Assembly: GCA_004296145.1 (NCBI GenBank)
Contig: SEBM01000001.1
Location: 1-37,961 of the forward strand
DNA length: 37,961 nucleotides
Direction of reading: 5' to 3'
From: Flavobacterium sp.
GTDB lineage: Bacteria; Bacteroidota; Bacteroidia; Flavobacteriales; Flavobacteriaceae
A program made the position numbers and the translations under genes. Below, in pieces: positions 7,741 through 16,112 of the stretch (position 1 is its first letter; each line of letters begins with the position of its first letter). Below the pieces are notes generated by a model that made no database searches, had not been told where the DNA came from, and was given only the letters and a program-made list of their open reading frames with translations.

Positions 7741-9780
7741 ATGGCCTCAAAAGTATCAACCGAAAGAATTGGCATAGACCTTAAAGGAAGGGTAAGCCGT
7801 TTGAAATTGGCAGAGCGTAACATGTTACTACCAGTTTTTGAGGCTATAATTAATTCAATTCACGCTATTGAAGATACCAAAGTACCGAATGGTGAGATTG
7901 AAATTATAGTTCATCGAAGTCCTCAAACAACTTTCGAAACCGAAAATGATGGTAGAAAGGTATTAGCAGAGATTATTGGTTTTACAATAATTGATAATGG
8001 CATAGGATTTACAAATGACAACTATGAGTCATTTAAAAGAGAGTATTCAACTTACAAAGCTGAGCGAGGTGGTTTAGGATTAGGACGTTTTATGTGGTTG
8101 AAAGCTTTTAACGATGTTAAAATCGAAAGTGAGTTTTATAATGATAAAATACCATCAAAACGGACCTTCGCTTTTAATCTTCACGCTACCGAGGGAATTG
8201 CAAAGCATCAGCTTATTACTTTAGAAGAAATTAAAGGACGGAAAACAGTTGTTCAATTGATTGGTTATAAAGAGCCTTACAAATCTAAATGCCCAAAGAA
8301 ATTAAGCACTATTGCAGATCGAATAGTAGAACATTGTTTAATTTACTTCTTAAGTGCGAATTGCCCTAAAATCATTTTAAAAGACGAAGAAGAAGCCATA
8401 ACGTTAAATGAGTACTTTAGCAAGTTAACGTTAGGAAATACTTTTAAAGATACCTTTAATGTCGAGCCATTTTCGTTTAAAATTACACTTCTGAAATGGT
8501 TTGAGCACGAGCAATTTACCAATCACAAAATCTCTTTGTGTGCAAATAATCGTGAAGTCGATTATTTTAATGTTAGTAAGGTTTTTCCAGATATACATTC
8601 AAAAATTGAGGATGAAGAAACAGGTAAACAATACTTAATTGTATGTTATGTAGAAGGAACCTATTTTGATGCAAATATTAATGATGAGAGAACAGAGATT
8701 AGGTTTAGCAAAAATGGAATTTTCGATGGTGAACTAATTGCAGAAAGTGATTTGTTTTTGGCATTACAACCCATTGTTAAAAAATACTTTGAAGCAGAAA
8801 TAGAAGAATTTAAAGCAAGAAAAAATGGTCGGATTTCCAATTTTATAGCAGAAACTGCTCCCCAATATCGAATTCTAAATAAATACATTCCCTCATTTGA
8901 CGATATTGTGGTGACGGAACATACCTCAGATCAAGAGTTAGATTTGAAATTATACAAGAAGCTTCAGGAGCTTGAATATGATTTTAGAAAAGACACAGTT
9001 GACCTGCTCACAGATATTGAGGGTGAAGATGCTGATATGTTGAAGGAAAAGTATTCTAAGTTATTTGAAGAACTTTCTGATATTAATAAATCAAAGTTGG
9101 CTCAGTATGTTGTGCACCGTAAATACATATTAGAGCTTTTCGAAAAATCTTTAGCACTTAATTTGCAAGGAAAATACGAATTAGAAGATACTGTTCATAG
9201 TATTATTTATCCAACTAGAACAACTTCTAATGAAATAGACTTTAATAATCAAAATCTATGGATAATTGACGAACGCTTAAGTTTCCATAATTTTCTATCT
9301 TCAGATAAGCCTCTAAAAAGTATCCAAGGTTTTGAAAACGATTGTTCAGATCGTCCTGACTTGATGATATTCAATAATCCCATTTCTTATATTGAGGGAG
9401 ATGAAGCACCATTTAATTCTGTCGTTCTAGTTGAGTTTAAAAGGCCAATGCGTAAGGGGTACGATGAAAACGAGGATAATCCGATTGTTCAACTCTATGA
9501 CTATGTTAGAGAAATCCGTAAAGGTAAAAGGTTGACTAATGACGGCAGGACTTATGACATTGGAGAGCATACAAGATTTTACTGTTATTTAGTTTGCGAC
9601 CGAAACGAAAAAATAGACCAATATGCCGAGAATGCTCAGCTCGAAAAATCTTTTGATGGACTTGGCTGGTTCGGTTATAATAAAAGCTTAAAATGTACCA
9701 TAGATATCATGCCTTTTAACCAAGTGCTATCAAATGCTAAAAAAAGGAATAAGGTGTTATTTCATAAACTTGGAATATAA
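7741..9780 (+). CDS. GHKL (HATPase_c/MORC-like) ATPase fused to a C-terminal PD-(D/E)XK nuclease
   Basis: GHKL motifs EAIINSIHA, DNGIGF and GGLGLGR; C-terminal RPDL...VEFKRP...QLYDY nuclease motifs. Confidence 0.8.
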   Translation: MASKVSTERIGIDLKGRVSRLKLAERNMLLPVFEAIINSIHAIEDTKVPNGEIEIIVHRSPQTTFETENDGRKVLAEIIGFTIIDNGIGFTNDNYESFKREYSTYKAERGGLGLGRFMWLKAFNDVKIESEFYNDKIPSKRTFAFNLHATEGIAKHQLITLEEIKGRKTVVQLIGYKEPYKSKCPKKLSTIADRIVEHCLIYFLSANCPKIILKDEEEAITLNEYFSKLTLGNTFKDTFNVEPFSFKITLLKWFEHEQFTNHKISLCANNREVDYFNVSKVFPDIHSKIEDEETGKQYLIVCYVEGTYFDANINDERTEIRFSKNGIFDGELIAESDLFLALQPIVKKYFEAEIEEFKARKNGRISNFIAETAPQYRILNKYIPSFDDIVVTEHTSDQELDLKLYKKLQELEYDFRKDTVDLLTDIEGEDADMLKEKYSKLFEELSDINKSKLAQYVVHRKYILELFEKSLALNLQGKYELEDTVHSIIYPTRTTSNEIDFNNQNLWIIDERLSFHNFLSSDKPLKSIQGFENDCSDRPDLMIFNNPISYIEGDEAPFNSVVLVEFKRPMRKGYDENEDNPIVQLYDYVREIRKGKRLTNDGRTYDIGEHTRFYCYLVCDRNEKIDQYAENAQLEKSFDGLGWFGYNKSLKCTIDIMPFNQVLSNAKKRNKVLFHKLGI

Positions 9781-9808
9781 TAATTATTAAAATCTCTATA
9801 TTAAAATT

Positions 9809-12800
9809 ATGCTCTCACAACAAGAAGCCTTAAACAGGCTTAAAAAATCATGGCAAATCGAAGAAATGCAATTTTTGGGAGTCTTAGACAGACCTAAAAA
9901 TGATGACGGCACTCTCAGAAAAATTGGTTTTTTTAAATTAAAACTAAACGATAGAGCCTTACAATACCCTATTATTGACGGTTATAAATACCACACTTCG
10001 GTAAGTGTATTTGTTCCAGACGCCAGGACACTCGTGAACGGCAAAACATATTACATAAAAGTTGGTATAGCAGAAGATAATGATAGAGCTAAATATGACA
10101 ACCCATTTCTATTGGCATTCGAAGAGATATTTGAAATAGAGCAAACTACCGATGTCGTGAGTCCCAAAGACTTTATAGCTAATTGGTTCGGGAAAAAAGG
10201 TGAAAATCCAGGAGACGCGGCTTCAATTGCGGCTCAGTTGCGATTAAATCAGTTAGAACTCTATACGCAAACCAAAAGATTTGTATTTGAGTTGATTCAA
10301 AATGCAGATGATATGCCAGTGAGTAATAGAGGAGTTGAGATAGATATCCGGTTATTAGAAAATTACTTTTTGTTTCAGCATACAGGTCAGTATTTCACTA
10401 GAGAAAATGTTAAGGCCATTTGCGACGCTGCACAAAGTACTAAGCGTAACGATGAAACCAAAACTGGATATAAAGGAATAGGTTTTAAATCGGTTTTTTC
10501 TGATAGTGAAAAGGTATTTATCTATTCTCAAGATTACAGCTTTAAATTCGACAAAGGTGCTGATGTGTATGGAGATTTCCGAGGGCTGTACAAGCCATAC
10601 TGGAATAAACTAAATACAAATGCTCAAAGAAATTTCTTTTTGGATTTTGATGGTCAAGAAAGTAAGTATACAAATATTGATAATATTCCTTGGCAGATAA
10701 AGCCAATTTGGGTAGATATTGCCGAATATCCGCGAGAAATACTTCCGTTCATAAATAAGAAAAAAAACGTAAATATTTCTCTTGCAGTTGGGCAAGCAAA
10801 GATTCAAGAAAAAAATTATAATGCAATGATAGGAAGCTTAGTAGATGATCCTACGTTTCTATTATTCCTTCGTAATACCAAAAGCATACGCTATACCGAT
10901 CCAAGTCAAAAAGAAATATCAATAAGGGTTGTAAAAGAAGATGATCAAACTAAAGTGTACACAAATGACGAATTACAGTCTGTGTATGCATCGTTTCAAG
11001 ATGATATTGAAATAAACAATGGTGCGTTTGCCGAAGCAGGTTTTGATTTGGAACACCTAGAAATTGAAGAAAATAAATTTGTTTTCAAGAATAAAAAAGG
11101 AAAAATATTAGAAAATATCCCTGAAAAACTTGGTAAACTTAATGAAACTGTTGTATCCTTTGCAGTTAAGATAGAAAAGGAGAAAATCATTCCTATCAGC
11201 GAATCTGAATCAATTTTATATAACTATTTGCCAACATCAGATGATAAGTACAGATTCCCATTTATTGTAAATGCAGACTTTGTTTCAAAAACTGATAGGG
11301 AGGGAATACTTGCTGAGAATATATGGAATCATTATTTGTTCTATCACATTGGCTATTCACTTATACGGTGGGTAAATAAATTATCGGAAAAAGGTCTATG
11401 GTCTACTTATCTAAAAATCCTACCGAAATCCTACCTCGATGAGGATAATCAAGAACGAAGTGTTATTAATTCCGCATTTAATAGTGGATTATTGAAGGGT
11501 ATAAATGAGATCAAATTTTTGATTGATACTAGTGGCAAAAAACAGTTGGCTAGTGAAGTCATCTACGATAAGTCTGGATTAGCAAATATTATAGGCTCGA
11601 TTACTTATCTTGAATTTATAAATAGCGATAAGCATCTTGCACACACTTCAATTGAGGAAATTGATATAAAAATTCCTTACTTGGAGATTGAAGTCATAGG
11701 TAAGAAGAAGATAAAACCTTTTTTTAGTGATAGTAACGCTATATTGGTTTTAAACTCTAAAATAGCTTCTTTTAAAAAGGATAAATATCAGGAATTTTTA
11801 GGTTGGCTTAATTCATCTGAATTAAGTTATGATGAAATTAGCAATGTAAAATTTATTGCTTTTGGTAGTGAGTACTTTTCTTTAGAAGATGTCTACGGAA
11901 ATAATAGTTTATTCCTATTTGATGATACGCTAAAGTCTATAAATCATCTAATAAATAATAACGGCGGTGAAATTTCGGCAATTGATCTTTCTCCATTTAA
12001 AGAGCTTTATGAGATAGTAGTTGGAGATGAAGCCTCATATTATCATCAAAAAAATGGTTTATATCTTAAAATAGTTTCTTTTTTCGAATCAAAAATATCT
12101 ACTGTTGATGCACAAGACAAATATTTGATTTTAGAAGTTTTAAGATCATTGGATGGAATAGATATTAAAACAGTTGCGAAACTATCTTGGTACAAAAATA
12201 CTTTAGGTGAATTGAAGTCATTATACGACTTGTATAATAACGAAGATTTTGTTTATTCTTCAAAATACAATGATTTCTTTTTACACCCTATAGAAATCAA
12301 AAACCTTTCTAAAACTTACCTTAATGAATTAAATTCACTAGTTGACCTTCTAGATGATAAGAGTTTTTATTTAGGATACACCGACCGTGTAGTTTATGAC
12401 TCTCAAAATGAAGATATCAGACTTCTAGAAATTTTTGTAAGACTAGCAGAAGAAGACACCAATATATATAAATCTTTAGCCAAGAAAATTACTTGGAATG
12501 ATACTATAATAGATGGCGATCTATACTTAGATGAAGTAATTGTCAAGTTCACAAATACTGAGAATGAGCAAATAGAAGAAAAGTTTCGTTTGTTAGACCT
12601 CGTTTCTAATTTAACCACAAACAATAAATCTCTAGATGAATTATTATCTAATTTGAATGGTTTAAGTGTCAAGAGTAAGGAGTTATTAAGAAGTGATGTT
12701 TTTAAACTTAAAGAATTTAAAAAAGAAGATATAATAAAATCTATCCAATCAAAAAAAGACATTTCTGTTAGCTACAGGCAATTTTTCTATTTAGCAGTAG

Positions 12801-14425
12801 ATGCTTGGTTTTGTAATAATACTACACTCAATCTTGGAAGTGCCCATTTTGGTTTTATTGACCACTTTACTATTGCGTTATTAGATTATATATATATTAA
12901 TAAAGTTGATTGCGATAAATTCAATTATATCCAAAATGGAAAAAATCATTCTTTTTTTCCGCAAAATAAATTTATAGTATTTGATAGTGATTTATTGCAC
13001 AATGATGAGGAGGTAGCTGATGTTTATAAAAATTGGATTGGGAATGAAGTTCAAAAAAAGCAACTTTTCTTAGAAATGGGTTGTTTTGATGAAAATCATT
13101 TACATTTTCAATTCAGGACAGCTTTAAGTAGATGTGATGTGTCTAAGTGCTTAAATTTATTGTTCAAACTTGAACAAAATGAAGCATTATTAGAGCATAC
13201 TTCATTTTTTGTGCAGAAATTTGGAGAGAAAATTTATGATAATTGCAGCCAGACGGAATTGGTAATTAAGTTTTATAGTTTGCTTTCGACGTTAAACAAT
13301 ATTGTTTTATCTGCTTTAAACTACCCTTTTTTAAATCCGAAAGGCAAAAATATTAACTTCCATTCTTTGGATAATATGGAATCTTGTTATAAATATAATA
13401 AAGATGAATGGATGGGATATGAAGAAGAGATAGTAAGCTTTATTGAAAAGGAGCAATCTAATATAATTCACAAAGAATTATTACTTCCTCCTAAGTATCA
13501 TAATCAAGTCCATGATGTAAAAATATCTTCGACAGTAAACCAAGATTTATTAAATCAACACAGTGAATTATTTTCAGCTCCATATTACGAAAACTGGAGT
13601 CAAAAGGTGCAATTTCCAATTTATATCTATTCCGGCGGCTATATTCCTCATAAACTATCCTTTGATGAGTTGATACTTGAACATAATTTTGATGAAGGTA
13701 AATTGATTCATAAGGAAGGTAATTGTTTTTTCGTTAGTAAGAGTTTAGAATCGGAATTGCCTTTTTGTATACATGATATGGATACGCAAGCCTGGCGTAG
13801 TCTTACTGAAGCCAAATATTACTATCAACCTGAAAGCTCGCCTAAGAAAGAAAAATCTGAATTAACTGATAAAGAAATTGAGGATTTCAAGCGTCTTTTC
13901 GGTAAACAATATTCTAAATCGGACAAGGAGGCAGCTTGGCTATTGGTTGCGTTTAAGTCTTTGTCATATTACGAATCAAATGGCTATGACATTTCTGGAT
14001 ATAGTGAAACTCTATATAAAAAATTCTTTGAGTTCACTAAAGATGGCCAGAAACTAACTGTTTATCCTAGGTCCGCTAAAGGAGACCTATTATATATAAC
14101 TATTCAGGTTTGGGAGCAACTAGATGACGATTGTGTACAACTATTTGCGTTGATGAAGAATAATATCCATCGAATAATCCATGCAAAAGAAGAATTAATA
14201 AATGATGGTGATAAACTTCTATTTAGCATGAATATTTCAGACTCGAGCAAAAAAATATCAGTGGTAAACAACCTATTTAATAAAGCATCTATTAACGATT
14301 TAAAGTATGATATTAATTCTGAGACAATATTAATTGTTCGTATGAATAATACACTAGAATTTAAATCTCTATTTGAAGGTTTTGGTAACGAACATAAAGA
14401 TTTATATAGCTTTGGAAATGTATGA
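9809..14425 (+). CDS. Large sacsin/NO VEIN-like GHKL ATPase protein (1538 aa)
   Basis: ELIQNADD, HTGQYF...NVKAIC...STK, TGYKGIGFKSVF, YNYLPT and FPFIVNADF...DRE motifs typical of sacsin-like N-terminal ATPase regions. Confidence 0.8.
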   Translation: MLSQQEALNRLKKSWQIEEMQFLGVLDRPKNDDGTLRKIGFFKLKLNDRALQYPIIDGYKYHTSVSVFVPDARTLVNGKTYYIKVGIAEDNDRAKYDNPFLLAFEEIFEIEQTTDVVSPKDFIANWFGKKGENPGDAASIAAQLRLNQLELYTQTKRFVFELIQNADDMPVSNRGVEIDIRLLENYFLFQHTGQYFTRENVKAICDAAQSTKRNDETKTGYKGIGFKSVFSDSEKVFIYSQDYSFKFDKGADVYGDFRGLYKPYWNKLNTNAQRNFFLDFDGQESKYTNIDNIPWQIKPIWVDIAEYPREILPFINKKKNVNISLAVGQAKIQEKNYNAMIGSLVDDPTFLLFLRNTKSIRYTDPSQKEISIRVVKEDDQTKVYTNDELQSVYASFQDDIEINNGAFAEAGFDLEHLEIEENKFVFKNKKGKILENIPEKLGKLNETVVSFAVKIEKEKIIPISESESILYNYLPTSDDKYRFPFIVNADFVSKTDREGILAENIWNHYLFYHIGYSLIRWVNKLSEKGLWSTYLKILPKSYLDEDNQERSVINSAFNSGLLKGINEIKFLIDTSGKKQLASEVIYDKSGLANIIGSITYLEFINSDKHLAHTSIEEIDIKIPYLEIEVIGKKKIKPFFSDSNAILVLNSKIASFKKDKYQEFLGWLNSSELSYDEISNVKFIAFGSEYFSLEDVYGNNSLFLFDDTLKSINHLINNNGGEISAIDLSPFKELYEIVVGDEASYYHQKNGLYLKIVSFFESKISTVDAQDKYLILEVLRSLDGIDIKTVAKLSWYKNTLGELKSLYDLYNNEDFVYSSKYNDFFLHPIEIKNLSKTYLNELNSLVDLLDDKSFYLGYTDRVVYDSQNEDIRLLEIFVRLAEEDTNIYKSLAKKITWNDTIIDGDLYLDEVIVKFTNTENEQIEEKFRLLDLVSNLTTNNKSLDELLSNLNGLSVKSKELLRSDVFKLKEFKKEDIIKSIQSKKDISVSYRQFFYLAVDAWFCNNTTLNLGSAHFGFIDHFTIALLDYIYINKVDCDKFNYIQNGKNHSFFPQNKFIVFDSDLLHNDEEVADVYKNWIGNEVQKKQLFLEMGCFDENHLHFQFRTALSRCDVSKCLNLLFKLEQNEALLEHTSFFVQKFGEKIYDNCSQTELVIKFYSLLSTLNNIVLSALNYPFLNPKGKNINFHSLDNMESCYKYNKDEWMGYEEEIVSFIEKEQSNIIHKELLLPPKYHNQVHDVKISSTVNQDLLNQHSELFSAPYYENWSQKVQFPIYIYSGGYIPHKLSFDELILEHNFDEGKLIHKEGNCFFVSKSLESELPFCIHDMDTQAWRSLTEAKYYYQPESSPKKEKSELTDKEIEDFKRLFGKQYSKSDKEAAWLLVAFKSLSYYESNGYDISGYSETLYKKFFEFTKDGQKLTVYPRSAKGDLLYITIQVWEQLDDDCVQLFALMKNNIHRIIHAKEELINDGDKLLFSMNISDSSKKISVVNNLFNKASINDLKYDINSETILIVRMNNTLEFKSLFEGFGNEHKDLYSFGNV

Positions 14426-16110
14426 TTACTAAAACTGATCAATTAAAATTCTACGAATGGCAACTTGAAGAACTAAGTTTACAATGGGAACGATATTTAA
14501 GTTCAAAAATGATTGTTCTATTTGAAGAAAGAAAGTGTTTTCTTGGGAAACTTTATGCAGTGGATAAAGTTAGAGGAAATATTATTGTTAGATTCCCGAA
14601 GAACAAAGGTCCAAGATTAGATATGCAGTATTGCCTTTATCTACCAAAGGATTTAAATAGCTTGAATAAAACTTTTTCTGAATTTGCGAAAGAGGCTTAC
14701 GGCACTAATGATCATAATGTGTCAGCTCTTTACTACATTAACAATGAGGATGAAGGTGTTTATGTAGGTATCGGAAATATTCCTCTGACTATTTTTGATT
14801 TTTTTGTCAGTAAGGCTTCCGCTAAGCTTGAAATTACGATTGTATTGGGTGAACCAGAACCTCCATACGCATACCTTCAAAATCTTCAGGGTTTTACTAA
14901 AAATAATGGTGATAGAATTAACCCTAGTAATAACAGATCTTTTAAATTTTCTTCCTTCGATGAAAACAAAGTTGAGGGCATCATTTCAGGGTTAGAAAAT
15001 CAAAAAACCGTAATAATCAAAGGTCCACCAGGAACAGGAAAATCGACAATCACCGCAGATTTTATAAGTAAATATGGTAAGAATAAAAAGGTTTGTGTAG
15101 CTGCACTTGCAAATAAGGCATTAATAGAAATAGCGCAAAAAGAGGGTTTAAAGAACCCTACCTTAAATGTTTTCAAAACTAATTTAACTGTTTCTGAGAA
15201 AAAGGAATTGAACTATTTAGAGGCTTATGATGATTCTAGGATAACCAACGATTTTGTTTTGTTAACAACTTATTTTAAGCTTTCCCACAAAGTAAAGGAT
15301 CTGACAAAACCTATCTATTATTTTGACTTACTTATAATCGAAGAAGCTTCTCAAGCATTTTACACAACTATTTTCGCTTTGAAATACCTTGCCAGACAAG
15401 TAGTTATTATAGGAGATCCAAAACAATTAAGCCCTATAGTTTTAAATTCAAATAATGCCGAGAAAATAAATATAAACATAAATCTTCTTGTTAACGGCAT
15501 GGAAAGTATAATGGGGGAAGCAAATGTTGTGAATTACCTCTTAAAGGAAAGTTTTAGACTTAATACTTACAATACAACTCTTACAAATTTTTTTTATGAA
15601 GGTAATTTAGTTTCAAGAAATCAAACTCAATCGTCTATTAAGATCGGCTCAGTATTTCAGCGCTATTTTAACAAAGAAAAAACAACTCAAATTTTACTTG
15701 AGGACTCACTATCTACATTAGATGATTTGCTTAAGTTCTCCTCTAAACTTAATAATTTCCTTCATGATATTCATCAAAATAATACTGGTCTTAAAATATG
15801 TGTGCTAGCTCCATTTCGTAAAGATGTTGTTGTACTTCAAGAATCACTATCCACTGTTGCGAAAAATGTTCCTAACCAAGTTACTGTAGAGACAATAGAT
15901 AGAGTTCAAGGATTAACAGTTGACATTTGTTTCTTGATCTTGCGACTAGATGGTTCTCCTAATTTCATATTTGATAGTAATCGGTTCAATGTTGCAACAA
16001 GTCGAAGTAGGCATTATAATTTAATTGTTACCGATAAAAAATTCAAAGTTTTTAATTCTTTGCTTCCAACAGAAGTAAAAAGTTACCTCAATCACTTAAC
16101 CATAGTTTAA
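14422..16110 (+). CDS. Superfamily 1 helicase, UPF1/DNA2/NAM7-like (AAA_11/AAA_12 type)
   Basis: KGPPGTGKS, IIEEASQ, IGDPKQL, SFRL, APFR, TIDRVQG and RFNVATSR motifs; ATGA overlap with the upstream gene. Confidence 0.88.
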   Translation: MITKTDQLKFYEWQLEELSLQWERYLSSKMIVLFEERKCFLGKLYAVDKVRGNIIVRFPKNKGPRLDMQYCLYLPKDLNSLNKTFSEFAKEAYGTNDHNVSALYYINNEDEGVYVGIGNIPLTIFDFFVSKASAKLEITIVLGEPEPPYAYLQNLQGFTKNNGDRINPSNNRSFKFSSFDENKVEGIISGLENQKTVIIKGPPGTGKSTITADFISKYGKNKKVCVAALANKALIEIAQKEGLKNPTLNVFKTNLTVSEKKELNYLEAYDDSRITNDFVLLTTYFKLSHKVKDLTKPIYYFDLLIIEEASQAFYTTIFALKYLARQVVIIGDPKQLSPIVLNSNNAEKINININLLVNGMESIMGEANVVNYLLKESFRLNTYNTTLTNFFYEGNLVSRNQTQSSIKIGSVFQRYFNKEKTTQILLEDSLSTLDDLLKFSSKLNNFLHDIHQNNTGLKICVLAPFRKDVVVLQESLSTVAKNVPNQVTVETIDRVQGLTVDICFLILRLDGSPNFIFDSNRFNVATSRSRHYNLIVTDKKFKVFNSLLPTEVKSYLNHLTIV

Positions 16111-16112
16111 TA

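Noticed and set aside
15334-15354. Walker B reading IIEEASQ rather than DEASQ in the SF1 helicase as a sign of inactivity
   Set aside because: EEA variants occur in UPF1-like families and all other motifs are intact.
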